A DNA stretch of 64,000 bases from Candidatus Latescibacterota bacterium (GTDB lineage Bacteria; Latescibacterota; UBA2968), in assembly GCA_965204745.1 (NCBI GenBank), contig OZ242010.1, positions 4,320,001-4,384,000 of the forward strand. Direction: 5' to 3'. The notes beneath the pieces are model-generated. The model searched no databases. It saw nothing but the letters and a program-made list of their open reading frames with translations, and was not told the origin of the DNA. Below, one piece after another: positions 29,111 through 39,101 of this stretch (within the stretch, counting starts at the first letter, position 1; every line of letters begins with the position of its first letter). A program made the translations under genes and the position numbers.

Positions 29111-29951
29111 ATGCGCGGGTCAATGCCCGTCGTGTGAACACGCGGGCCAAGTGGGCGCGGTAATCGGCGGAGGCGTGGTGGTCTTCCTGAAAGTCCTCCA
29201 CGCTATCGGCGGCATGGGCAGCGGCCTCGGGGATGGCGTCTTTCCCGCGGCCGAGAAGCGCGTCTTCGACTGCGCGTGCGCGATAGGCAGCCGAGGCCAC
29301 GCCGGTAACGCCCACCGCGACAGAAGCGCAACGGCCCGCGCTGTCGAGGGCGACTTGGGCCGCGACGCCCGCGAGGGCAAAGCCGGACGCGGATTGCCGC
29401 ATTTTGATGTACGCGCCGGCCGAGTTGTCGGCCGGGGTGGCGATGCGAATGCGCGTGAGGATTTCCCCGGCTCGCAATGCAGTGGTGAGCAGGCCGAGGA
29501 AAAATTCAGCCGCCGGCAACGTGCGTTCTCCGCTCGGCCCGGCAATGTCGAATTGTGCATCGAGGGCGAGCATGGCCGCGGGCCAATCCGCCGCTGGGTC
29601 CGCATGGGCGATGCTACCGCCCACCGTGCCCCGGTTGCGAACTTGCACGTCGCCGATTTCCGATGCGGTTTCGGGCAACAAGCCGCATTTGCCCGGCAAC
29701 AGGCGATGGCTTTCGACCACGTAGTGCGTCGCCAAGGCGCCAATCGCGATGGTCTCGTTGCCCGCAATCACTTTCTTCAGGCCGGCAATGCCGCCCAAGT
29801 CGATGACGACCGCAGGCGCGGCAAAGCGCAATTTCATCAGGGGAATCAGGCTGTGACCGCCGGCCATCACGCTGGCGTCGTCGCCGTGTTCCCGCACCAA
29901 GCGCATCGCGCGTTGCAGGGTTTTGGGTGCGTGGTAATCAAAGGGAGTCAT
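29094..29951 (-). CDS. coxM: Molybdenum hydroxylase FAD subunit (CoxM/CutM)
   Basis: FDYHAP, AGGHSLIPLMKLR, QVRNRGTVGGSIAHADPAAD. Confidence 0.9.
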   Translation of the reverse strand: MTPFDYHAPKTLQRAMRLVREHGDDASVMAGGHSLIPLMKLRFAAPAVVIDLGGIAGLKKVIAGNETIAIGALATHYVVESHRLLPGKCGLLPETASEIGDVQVRNRGTVGGSIAHADPAADWPAAMLALDAQFDIAGPSGERTLPAAEFFLGLLTTALRAGEILTRIRIATPADNSAGAYIKMRQSASGFALAGVAAQVALDSAGRCASVAVGVTGVASAAYRARAVEDALLGRGKDAIPEAAAHAADSVEDFQEDHHASADYRAHLARVFTRRALTRAFERVA

Positions 29952-32286
29952 CGTTTCTCTCCTGCATGAGTTTCCAGAGTTTTTCAGGGCGCAGGGGCAG
30001 GTCGATGTGCCGCACGCCAAAGGGTTTCAGCGCGTCGATGACCGCGTTGGCTATGGCGGGGGTAGAGCCAATCGTGCCGGCTTCGCCCACGCCTTTGACG
30101 CCCATGGGATTGACCGGGGAAGGCGTGACCGTGTTGTCCAGTTCAAAGCGCGGGAAGTCGTGCGCTTTGGGCAGGGCATAGTCCATGAATGACCCGGTGA
30201 GCATCTGCCCGGTTGCGTCGTAGATGGCTTCTTCGTACAGGGCCTGCCCCACGCCTTGGGCAATGCCGCCGTGGACCTGACCTTCCACGATGAGCGGGTT
30301 GATGATGTTGCCGCAGTCGTCAACCGCGATGTAGCGTTGCAGGTCGACCTCGCCGGTGTCGGCATCCACTTCGACTACGGCGATGTGCGTGCCAAAGGGA
30401 TAGGTGAAGTTCGGGGGTTCAAAAAAGTGCGATTCCGCAAGGCCCGGCTCTGTTTCGGGCGGCAGGCCGACCCCGACGTGCGCCACCTGGGCGATTTCCG
30501 CCAGGCTGAGGCCGGATTCGGGCGCGCCGTGGACGCTGTACTTGCCGTCTTCGAGCACGATGTCTTGCGGGTTGCTCTCCATGAGGTGCGCGGCGATTTT
30601 GATGACTTTGTCCTTGATTTTGCCCATCGCGTGGACCATGGCCGTGCCGCCCACAGCGGTTGCGCGGCTGCCAAATGTGCCGATGCCGTATTGCACCGCG
30701 TCGGTGTCGCCGTGGATGATGCGGATGTCCTCGAGATCCACGCCCAAGCCGTCGGCGACGAGTTGGGCAAAGGTGGTTTCCTGGCCCTGCCCGTGAGGGG
30801 ACACGCCCGTGAGCACGGTCACTTTGCCGGTGGGATCGACGCGCACCGTGCTGCTTTCCCACCCGCCGGCCGGCATTGCAGCCGAAGGCCCCATGCCGCA
30901 GATTTCCACGTACGTGGAAAACCCAATGCCGGGATACCGGCCCCGTGCGCGCAGGTCCGCTTGTTGTTGACGCAGGACATCGTAGTCCGCCATTTTGAGC
31001 GCGCGGTCGAGGGCCGCGGTGTAGTCGCCGCTGTCGTAGGCGAGCGCGGTTCCGGTTTCGTGGGGAAAGGCGTCTTTGCCGATGAAGTTTTTGCGCCGCA
31101 CGTCTAGGGGATCGAGATCGAGATCGTGGGCGACGATGTCGATCATGCGCTCGATGAGGTACGTGGCTTCGGGGCGCCCCGCGCCGCGATACGCGTCGGT
31201 CGCCATTTTGTTCGTGAAGGCCGCGGTGAGGTCCATCCGCACGTTTTGAAAGGTGTACGAACCGCACAGCATCAAGCCCGTGAGCGTGGGAATGGCCGGG
31301 GTGAGCAACTGGTAATACGCGCCCACATCTGCCGTGACCGTGTATTTGAGGCCGAGGATCGCGCCGTCGCTGTTCACCGCGAGTTCGACCTGCCCGACTT
31401 GGTCGCGCCCGTGGATGGTGTGCAAAAAGTTTTCGCGCCGGGATTCGATCCACTTGACGGGTTGATCGAGTTGCTTTGCCAGGTGTCCGATAAGGGCTTC
31501 TTCCGCGTACACATTGAGTTTGCATCCAAACCCGCCGCCCACTTCCGGGGCGATGACGCGCACGTGGTTTTCGGCCATGTCGAGCATGATGGACAGTTGC
31601 GTTCGCAAGAGGTGGGGAATTTGCGTGGATGACCAAAGGGTGAGTTGGTCTTTGCCGCGTGTGTATTGGGCGAGCACCCCGCGCGTTTCCATGGGGTTGG
31701 GCACGAGGCGTTGGTGATCGATGCGCTGGCTGACGATGTGATCGGCTTCGGCAAATGCCGCGTCGATGTCGCCGCCGGCAATCTGCCAGGTGAACGCCAG
31801 GTTGTCGTCCCAATCTTCGTGGAGAACGGGCGCGCCCTCGGCCAAGGCCGCGTTTGCGGAGTTGACGGCATCGAGGAGATCGCAATCGACTTCGATGAGG
31901 TCGAGGGCGTCTCGGGCGATGTACGCATCGGTCGCGGCAACTGCGGCAATGGGTTCGCCCACAAAGCGGACTTTGTCTGTGGCGAGCACCGGATGGTGGG
32001 GCACTTTGATCCCGGGAAAGCCCTCGGGATCTGTGGCGGCACAGGGAATCCCGCCGATGGTGTCTTTGATGTCGTCGCCGGTGACGACGGCCTTGACGCC
32101 GGGCAAATTTTGAGCCGCGGCTGTGTCGATGGCATTGATGCGCGCATGGGCATAAGGGCTTCGCAAAATTGCCACATGCAAGGTATCGGGCAATTTAATG
32201 TCATCGACGTAGTGCGCGAGGCCCTGGATCAATCGGGGGTCTTCGCGGCGCTTGATGCGGGCGCCGACGGTTTTGCTAACTGGCAT
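29938..32286 (-). CDS. coxL: Molybdenum hydroxylase large subunit (form II CoxL/CutL-like)
   Basis: RREDPRL, VGGGFGCK, active-site loop AYRGAGR, GTFGSR, GVKGVGEAG. Confidence 0.9.
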   Translation of the reverse strand: MPVSKTVGARIKRREDPRLIQGLAHYVDDIKLPDTLHVAILRSPYAHARINAIDTAAAQNLPGVKAVVTGDDIKDTIGGIPCAATDPEGFPGIKVPHHPVLATDKVRFVGEPIAAVAATDAYIARDALDLIEVDCDLLDAVNSANAALAEGAPVLHEDWDDNLAFTWQIAGGDIDAAFAEADHIVSQRIDHQRLVPNPMETRGVLAQYTRGKDQLTLWSSTQIPHLLRTQLSIMLDMAENHVRVIAPEVGGGFGCKLNVYAEEALIGHLAKQLDQPVKWIESRRENFLHTIHGRDQVGQVELAVNSDGAILGLKYTVTADVGAYYQLLTPAIPTLTGLMLCGSYTFQNVRMDLTAAFTNKMATDAYRGAGRPEATYLIERMIDIVAHDLDLDPLDVRRKNFIGKDAFPHETGTALAYDSGDYTAALDRALKMADYDVLRQQQADLRARGRYPGIGFSTYVEICGMGPSAAMPAGGWESSTVRVDPTGKVTVLTGVSPHGQGQETTFAQLVADGLGVDLEDIRIIHGDTDAVQYGIGTFGSRATAVGGTAMVHAMGKIKDKVIKIAAHLMESNPQDIVLEDGKYSVHGAPESGLSLAEIAQVAHVGVGLPPETEPGLAESHFFEPPNFTYPFGTHIAVVEVDADTGEVDLQRYIAVDDCGNIINPLIVEGQVHGGIAQGVGQALYEEAIYDATGQMLTGSFMDYALPKAHDFPRFELDNTVTPSPVNPMGVKGVGEAGTIGSTPAIANAVIDALKPFGVRHIDLPLRPEKLWKLMQERNDDSL

Positions 32287-32298
32287 GGGCGGCCTCCT

Positions 32299-32763
32299 CT
32301 AGGCGGTCATTTTCTCTGCGGCGTATTGCACCGCATCGACGATGTGTTGATAGCCAGTGCAGCGGCAATAATTGCCTTCGATGCCGCGGCGGATATCGGC
32401 TTCGCTGGGTTTGGGATTGCGTTGCAAAAGCTGGTGCGCGGCGATGATCATGCCCGGGGTGCAAAAACCGCACTGCAAGCCGTGGCATTCCCAGAAGCCT
32501 TCCTGAATGGGGTGCAATTCGCCGTTTTGAGCCAACCCCTCAATGGTGGTGATTTCAGCACCGTGGGCCTGCACTGCCAAAACCGTACACGCTTTGACGG
32601 CCTCGCCATTGAGCATCACGCTGCACGCGCCACACAAGCTGGTTTCGCAGCCTACATGGGTGCCGGTCAAGCCGACGACTTCGCGCAAGAAGTGGACGAG
32701 CAACATCCGGGGTTCGACATCGTGGCGTTGACGCTCTCCGTTGACTGTGACTTCAATTTTCAC
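32299..32763 (-). CDS. coxS: Molybdenum hydroxylase 2Fe-2S subunit (CoxS)
   Basis: [26 protein letters not shown]. Confidence 0.92.
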   Translation of the reverse strand: MKIEVTVNGERQRHDVEPRMLLVHFLREVVGLTGTHVGCETSLCGACSVMLNGEAVKACTVLAVQAHGAEITTIEGLAQNGELHPIQEGFWECHGLQCGFCTPGMIIAAHQLLQRNPKPSEADIRRGIEGNYCRCTGYQHIVDAVQYAAEKMTA

Positions 32764-32869
32764 GAGCGCGCCTCCTTTGAGAAGGGATGAATGAACACGT
32801 CTGAAGGGGCGACAGTATATGGAGCATCGAGCCGAGATGCAAATAGTTTCTTGGGTGTATGAGATGAGG

Positions 32870-33466
32870 TTATTTTTTCGACGTTACTTACAGATTAGCA
32901 AATGTGTTGCTTGCTCATTTAAGGCGTTTGGTCCTTTGATGGCTTCTCGCTCTGGTTGCTCTGATGGCGTTGACCGAGGGGACCTATCCCCCGGCCCCTT
33001 TCCTGCGAGGAAAGGGGAGTAAAGCACCTTTGATGGCTTAGGTTGCTCTGATGGCATTGCGCGAGGGGACCTATCCCCCGGCCCCTTTCCTACGAGGAAA
33101 GGGGAGTAAAGCACCTTTGATGGCTTCTCGCTCTGGTTGCTCTGATGGCGTTGACCGAGGGGACCTATCCCCCGGCCCCTTTCCTACGAGGAAAGGGGAG
33201 TAAAGCACCTTTGATGGCTTCTCGCTCTGGTTGCTCTGATGGCGTTGACCGAGGGCATAAAGCGATTAAAAATCCCTCATCAATCCCCTCGCAAAACCGC
33301 TCACAGTTCCCCCCTTCCTCGCAGGAAGGGGGGTTAGGGGGGTAGGTCCCGATAAGGCGCGACTATTCCAGTTTCTCAAACCGAGAGCATATTCTGCGAT
33401 ATGCCTTGATTTTTTCGATAAACTGCTCAAGCCAGTTGCTTTGCTCGTAAATGTCAACACAACCTA
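32870..33466 (-). mobile_element. IS5-derived MITE, module-A type, with 3 tandem ~80-85 bp REP-like hairpin units
   Basis: Reverse-complement match to 48958-49377; TIR aaatgtcaacacaaccta ending at 33466; units contain cccctttcct-acg-aggaaagggg. Confidence 0.85.
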
Positions 33467-33515
33467 CTGACTACTGATTGCGGTGGATGGGCGGGGGCTG
33501 ACTACTGACCACTGA

Positions 33516-36500
33516 CTACTGACTACTGATTTTGGAATTGACGCTGAGGCCATAGAGACGGGCGAATGTGAGAAAGTCCGGGAAATTGACGACGCCATCG
33601 CCATCGAAATCAAAGGTGGGATCGGGGGTTTGAAAGGCGCGGGCAAAGGCGAGGAAATCCAGGAAGTCGATTACCCCGTTGCCATCTGCGTCTGCGCGTG
33701 CGAGCAGGCTCGGATCGCGGATATCTGTGAGGGTCGTCTGCCCGAGGGGGGTGCCGGTCGCGTCGGAGGCGTTGAGAATGGCGAGGGTGTACGGCGTGGG
33801 CAAGCGCGTTGGGAAGGACAGAACCGCGCGGGTATTTTGGCGATCCAAGATGACGGAGGTGGGTTGGCCCATCCCGGCGAGCAAATAGGCCGAGGGCCGG
33901 GCCGCATCCGCGCTCATGGCTTCGGAAAAGAAGAGCTGGATCTGATCGTCCGATAGAGTTTCGCAACGCACCACCTCGGGCCGGGCATTGGGGATGAGGG
34001 ATACGATGCCCGAGCGCAAGTCCGCATCGGCGATAGCGACGATCTGATAGCGATAGTTCTCGCCTTCGGTGAGCAACTCGTCGATGTACGCGGTGCGGTC
34101 ATGGATTTCATCGAAATTGACCAGCGCGCCTTCTCTGCCCACAGCGCGGTAGATCTGGTAAGCAGACGCATCGGGCACGGGCATCCAGTTGAGTTCAACG
34201 CGGGTCGGACCAAGGGCACGGGCGCGAATGATCTGCGGGGAGGGGACCGAGGCCGGAGGGGCATCGCGTTCGACGATGTGAACCGCGCCATCACAATTGT
34301 GAACCGCGCCATCACAATTAAAAAGCACTTCGCTGTGAAAATCCCCGTCCAAATCCGCGATGAGCGGGCGGTACGTCACCCCTACGGGCGAATGCCAGAA
34401 CGGCCGATAGCGATTGGGCGCGTCTGCGCGAAAAGCGTAGAGCTGGGGGGGCGTGCAAACGAGCAGATCGGACAGGCCATCCCCATCGACATCCCCAGTG
34501 GCGATCCCAGGCCCCGTGATCGCCACGCCGTTGATCCGCACAGCCCATTCGGGGGCAAACCCATTGGCACTCGCGCTGTAAATCTCCAATTCCCAAAAGC
34601 CATTGAAGGGATTAGTGTCGTCTTCATAAGCGCGGGCGACGGCAAATTCGATTACCCCGTCAGCGTCCAAATCCGCGCCACCGCCGATCCAACGCGCGTC
34701 TCCGGTCCCGTGTTCGAGCCAAGTCTGATCATATCTTCCCGCGCGGTATTCGTACATCCACAAGTCGCCAGCTTCGTCGCCGGTGAGGATTTCCCGGTGC
34801 CCGTTGTTGTCAAAATCCGCGACCACAAAGCGCGTGCCGGGCACGCCTCCGTCCGGCGAGGGATCGCGCAGAAAATCATCGCGGGTCTCGCCGCCGACAT
34901 AGCGAATGACGCGGATGCCGCGCCGCGTGCCTGCGATGATATCCGGGATCCTGTCGCCATCCACATCGGCAAACTGCCCGCCGGACAGGTCGCGCCATTC
35001 GTACTCTAAGCGCGTGGGATAGGGATTGGCGGCCGTGCCGGTCAAGAGCCGGAGACCCAGCGAGACCCCGCCCAAGAGGTCGTCGCGTCCATCGTCGTTA
35101 AAATCGCCGATAGCCTGCGGCGTAAAATGCTCCTCGGTTTGAAAGACATCGGAAAACGCGCCATTCAGTTCGTAAATGTGGACCGGGCCGAAGGGCGCGC
35201 CGCTGATGTAGGGCATGAGCGCGATTTCGGGTTTGCCATCGCGGTCGAAATCCGAGGCGCGGTCCGGCAAATAGCCATCGGGCAAGGTGCCGATTTTTGA
35301 AAAGCCATTTTGCGGGATGCGAAACGGGACGTAGTCAAATGCGCGGGCGGGTTCAATGGTGCGGGCACCATTTTCCCCGTCTGCGAGGATGTGGTATGTC
35401 ACCGCGCCTGCGGGCAAGGTGTGGGGCAAGACGACTCGGTGCTTGGTTTGCACGAGGCCGGTGTAGATCGTATCGACATCCGCGCCCAGGCGATAGGCCA
35501 TGCCCCCGTGGGCGCGTTGGTCCGTTTCCCAGCGGCATTCAAAAACTCGGCGGTCCGCCTCCAACACGTCGCCGCAGACGAGGTTTGTGATCGCGGGGCC
35601 GGTTTTCTGAATGGCAACGCGCACGCGGTCTTCGATGATCCCGCCGTCTGACAAATCCGCTTCGAGGCGCAAAACAGCGGCGGTTTGTGGGAAGTCGGAC
35701 ACGTCCCATGCATGGCGGATGGACGCGGATGGCGAACCCGATGCGAGGCGCGTCCAGTTTGACGGGTCGTGGCCCAAGCCGTAGGACAGGCGATACCCGG
35801 TTGGTTGCACGCCGCTAACAGTGGCGCGAATGTCGAACGCGGCGTCCGCGCCCTGATCGTTGTCGGGCGATAGGATGGCGACGGTCAGGGAATCGAATGT
35901 GCCCAGGCGAGCGGCGAGGCTGTCTCCGCTCACGCGCCCGGCGCCATGGCGATTGTAATTCCACGGTTCCTTGAGGTCAACAGCAGACGCGATGAGCAAC
36001 CCGCGGACGGATTGGGGCGAAAGTTCGGGCCGCCGCGAGAGGATGAGGGCGACCAAACCGGCAACATGGGGCGCGGAGAACGAGGTGCCAGAGGCCGTGC
36101 GATACTGGTTGTTGAGGGACGTAGTGAGCACGCGGAAGCCCGGCGCGACGAGATCGAGCGCGGCCCCTCTGCTGCTGAACGATGCCAGATAATCCTCGTG
36201 GTCTGTCGCGCCTATGGCGAGGGTCGCGTGATGCGCCGCGGGATAGGCCAAGGGGCCAGCCGAGTTGCCCGCAGAGGAGACGAGCACAACGCCCATCGCG
36301 TGCGCGTAGTGGAGGATGTCGCTCAAGACGAATGTGCGCTCCTCCCCGCCCCAACTCATGTTGATCACCTGCGCGCCGTTTTCCACGGCGTAGAGAATCG
36401 CCGCGGCGAGATCGTCTTCTTCCAAAAAACTACCGCCGCCGCCTTCGATCCGGTTCAGGCCAGCGCGCAGGGCCATGAGTTGTGCGTCCGGCGCGATGCC

Positions 36501-37214
36501 CGCGATACCCACCTCGTTATTTGTCGTGGCTGCGACAATGCCCGCGACGCGTGTTCCATGCGAGGATTCATCGCGGGGGTCGTTGTCCCGGTCGAGGTAA
36601 TCGCCCCTGCCTGGCACGCCCGGTGCATGGGTAAAATCCCATCCTCTGATGTCGTCGATGTACCCGTTGTCGTCGTCGTCAACCCCCTGTGTGCCGCGCA
36701 ATTCTGCGTCATTGTGCCAAATATTATCGCGGAGGTCTTCGTGGTCGTAATCTATGCCGGAGTCGATGATTGCGACGACGATTTGTTTTTTCATCGGGCC
36801 GAGGGACTGGTGCAGGGTTTCCCAACCGAGGGTTTGGAGACTTCGTTGCGCGTCGTAGCGCGGGTCATTGGATTGGTGCGTGAATATATGATTGGGCTGG
36901 GCATAGACCACGTCTGGGCGCGATGCGTAATCGGCTGCGGCTACCGCTGGGTCGCCGGACAGGTGAACGCGATATACGCCCATCAGGGGATGGGGATGCG
37001 CGGCTTTGGCACTCCTCGGCGCGAACAGGGGTTCGATCCGGGTCGCGCCATGGTGGTCGGACATGGCTGGCCCGAGAGCCGGCTTCGCGTTGCGGAACTT
37101 GACGAGAATTTGGCCGGGCGAATAATCGGGTTGCGCGTGTGCTATGTGGGAAAGACAAAGCGCAAAGGTGCAAAGTGCAACGCGCCACCGAGTAGGAGGA
37201 TGTGTGTAGGACAA
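33516..37214 (-). CDS. Secreted S8 subtilase with FG-GAP repeats, FN3/Ig-like domains and a dockerin/EF-hand-like C-terminus
   Basis: AIIDSG, HGTRVAG and SGTSFSAP catalytic triad; DxDxDG repeats; DFDGDGVVNFPDFLTFARLYG. Probable TTG start at 37214 before a signal peptide; the ORF-track extension runs into a repeat. Confidence 0.9.
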   Translation of the reverse strand: MSYTHPPTRWRVALCTFALCLSHIAHAQPDYSPGQILVKFRNAKPALGPAMSDHHGATRIEPLFAPRSAKAAHPHPLMGVYRVHLSGDPAVAAADYASRPDVVYAQPNHIFTHQSNDPRYDAQRSLQTLGWETLHQSLGPMKKQIVVAIIDSGIDYDHEDLRDNIWHNDAELRGTQGVDDDDNGYIDDIRGWDFTHAPGVPGRGDYLDRDNDPRDESSHGTRVAGIVAATTNNEVGIAGIAPDAQLMALRAGLNRIEGGGGSFLEEDDLAAAILYAVENGAQVINMSWGGEERTFVLSDILHYAHAMGVVLVSSAGNSAGPLAYPAAHHATLAIGATDHEDYLASFSSRGAALDLVAPGFRVLTTSLNNQYRTASGTSFSAPHVAGLVALILSRRPELSPQSVRGLLIASAVDLKEPWNYNRHGAGRVSGDSLAARLGTFDSLTVAILSPDNDQGADAAFDIRATVSGVQPTGYRLSYGLGHDPSNWTRLASGSPSASIRHAWDVSDFPQTAAVLRLEADLSDGGIIEDRVRVAIQKTGPAITNLVCGDVLEADRRVFECRWETDQRAHGGMAYRLGADVDTIYTGLVQTKHRVVLPHTLPAGAVTYHILADGENGARTIEPARAFDYVPFRIPQNGFSKIGTLPDGYLPDRASDFDRDGKPEIALMPYISGAPFGPVHIYELNGAFSDVFQTEEHFTPQAIGDFNDDGRDDLLGGVSLGLRLLTGTAANPYPTRLEYEWRDLSGGQFADVDGDRIPDIIAGTRRGIRVIRYVGGETRDDFLRDPSPDGGVPGTRFVVADFDNNGHREILTGDEAGDLWMYEYRAGRYDQTWLEHGTGDARWIGGGADLDADGVIEFAVARAYEDDTNPFNGFWELEIYSASANGFAPEWAVRINGVAITGPGIATGDVDGDGLSDLLVCTPPQLYAFRADAPNRYRPFWHSPVGVTYRPLIADLDGDFHSEVLFNCDGAVHNCDGAVHIVERDAPPASVPSPQIIRARALGPTRVELNWMPVPDASAYQIYRAVGREGALVNFDEIHDRTAYIDELLTEGENYRYQIVAIADADLRSGIVSLIPNARPEVVRCETLSDDQIQLFFSEAMSADAARPSAYLLAGMGQPTSVILDRQNTRAVLSFPTRLPTPYTLAILNASDATGTPLGQTTLTDIRDPSLLARADADGNGVIDFLDFLAFARAFQTPDPTFDFDGDGVVNFPDFLTFARLYGLSVNSKISSQ

Positions 37215-37244
37215 GGTAGAATCCTGGCGGTTAGTGGTCAGTGG

Positions 37245-37640
37245 TTGGGTCGTGTTGACATCCAGCATTCTCGCTTTTGCTACCACGCTCATCTTATTCA
37301 CGGACGTTCCGCAGTTCAAAGAAGGCATCACAACAAGTACCCTCGCAAAACACCATCAGCTAAAGCCATCAGGCACAGCGCGCAAGGCCGTCTCGCAACC
37401 CACATCCATGTAGCAACCCACTTTGCAGGCTGGCGCATGTCGTTCTGTTACAAAAGCGATTTGCGCTGTGCAAGCCCCTCGGCGTTTGAGAGCGGCATTT
37501 TTTGCTTACTTTTTTTTGCTGTTGAAAAAAAGTAAGTCGCCGAAGGGATCGAAGGCAACCAACGAGGCTGTAGGACCAAACGCCTTAAATCAGCAAGCAA
37601 CACATTTGCTAAATTTCGGCGCAAGCGCAAGCATAACGTA
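37245..37640 (+). mobile_element. IS5-derived MITE, module-B type, left TIR-like end
   Basis: Starts tgggtcgtgttgacat; interior highly similar to 26977-27355. Confidence 0.8.
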
Positions 37641-37669
37641 AGTAATCCAGTGACTTTTTATTGTTGCGT

Positions 37670-38851
37670 CTATCTGTGTTCATCTGTGGTTGTTTGTTGC
37701 CTTTCTTTTTCTGAAGGCAGAAGCGCGACCAGCAGCGCGGCGGGGATGAGCAGGAGCGAGACAGCGGTGAGGGCGATGGGGGTGGATGTCCAGTCGGCGA
37801 GGTAGCCTACGGGTAGTATGATGAGGCCCGCGATGCTCCATGAGAAGCCCATCATCAAACCGGTTGCAGTACCCGTGTTGTGCGGCAAGGCGCGTTGGGC
37901 GAGGGAGATGTTCGTGGTGATGCCGAGGTCGTACAAAAACCCGGCCACAAAGAACGCGATGAGCGATAGGTAGCCATCTGTGAGGCAAAATACCATGTGA
38001 AAAATTGCGGATGACGCGCAGGAAAAGGCGAGGAGTTTGCGCGGAGACATGCGGTCTGCCAGATAGCCGCCCGTGATGCGGCCCAAGGTGCTGGCGAGCA
38101 AGTACCCGGAAAAGACCCAACCGATGAAGACCGTTGACCAGCCGCGAGACGCGCCCAAGATGGCCGTGAAATTGACAAAGCCCGTGTGGATGATGGAGCG
38201 CAATACGCTGATGGCGAAGAGCGTCCACAGGGTGCGGATTTTGGACTGGACGGAAAAGTCGATTTTGCCAGCGGCGATGCGGCGTTCATCGCGCGGGATT
38301 TTTCGCGCTTGGCGCAGGATCATGGGCGTGAGAATGAGGACCGGGATGCCGATGAGCCACAGGTATTCAATGCCGTATCGCGCCACGATTTGCGTGCCGG
38401 CAAGGGCCGCGATGGTCATGCCCAGGGTGCCGCCCGTGAGGAAAATCGCCATGGACAGATTCGCACGGCGCGGCGCCAATGCCGTGACCAATCCGCCGGC
38501 GGTGGGGTGAAAGAGAGACGACCCAAAGGAGGCGAAGATGAGAAACACCGCGAGGATGTACGCACTCGGGGAGAAGCCGATGCAGGAGACGAAAACCCCG
38601 CTGACAAAAAGCCCCAGCGCGACGAGTGCCATGCGGTCGCGCCCATCGCTAAAGTAGCCCATGAAGGGCTGTGCAACCGACCCGCAAAAGACGATGACCG
38701 TGGGCAAGTAGGCGAACTGCGCCACCGTGAGATTGAAATGCCCTTGAAAAAACGCCCACAATGGCGGGGTGAGGGTCATGTAAAAATCCAACGCCATGTG
38801 CGCGGCGGTGACGTAAAAAACCGGGCGAAGCGGTGTGCGGGAAGTAGGCAT
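37670..38851 (-). CDS. MFS transporter (Fsr-like)
   Basis: About 12 hydrophobic segments; QPFMGYFSD, SLFHP, GGYLADR. Confidence 0.88.
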   Translation of the reverse strand: MPTSRTPLRPVFYVTAAHMALDFYMTLTPPLWAFFQGHFNLTVAQFAYLPTVIVFCGSVAQPFMGYFSDGRDRMALVALGLFVSGVFVSCIGFSPSAYILAVFLIFASFGSSLFHPTAGGLVTALAPRRANLSMAIFLTGGTLGMTIAALAGTQIVARYGIEYLWLIGIPVLILTPMILRQARKIPRDERRIAAGKIDFSVQSKIRTLWTLFAISVLRSIIHTGFVNFTAILGASRGWSTVFIGWVFSGYLLASTLGRITGGYLADRMSPRKLLAFSCASSAIFHMVFCLTDGYLSLIAFFVAGFLYDLGITTNISLAQRALPHNTGTATGLMMGFSWSIAGLIILPVGYLADWTSTPIALTAVSLLLIPAALLVALLPSEKERQQTTTDEHR

Positions 38852-38854
38852 GGG

Positions 38855-38960
38855 CGTAAGACGCAAGAGGGGAGAGGCAAGAGGTGAGATGAAAGGCGTA
38901 AGAGGTGAGAGGCGAGAGGCGAGATGAAAGGCGTAAGAGGTGAGAGGCAAGAGGTGAGAC
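38855..38960. repeat. Degenerate purine-rich heptamer array (GTGAGAG/GCAAGAG/GTAAGAG)
   Basis: Same family at 41088-41217 (inverted), 48877-48938 and 62817-62965. Confidence 0.85.
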
Positions 38961-39101
38961 AACCCCGCCGCCATTAACCGTAGGGACAGGCACAGGGGCC
39001 TGTCCCCGAATAACGCCTATACAAAGGCGAAATGTAATACCAATTTGATTTTATATTTTTTCTCCAGCCCTAGGCTCTCAAGCGGTGATGGTTCCGCGCC
39101 T

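Noticed and set aside
32934-33260. Regularly spaced palindromic repeats resembling a CRISPR array (also 52518-53100)
   Set aside because: The intervening sequences are near-identical rather than unique spacers, there are no cas genes, and the units lie inside MITE/REP clusters.
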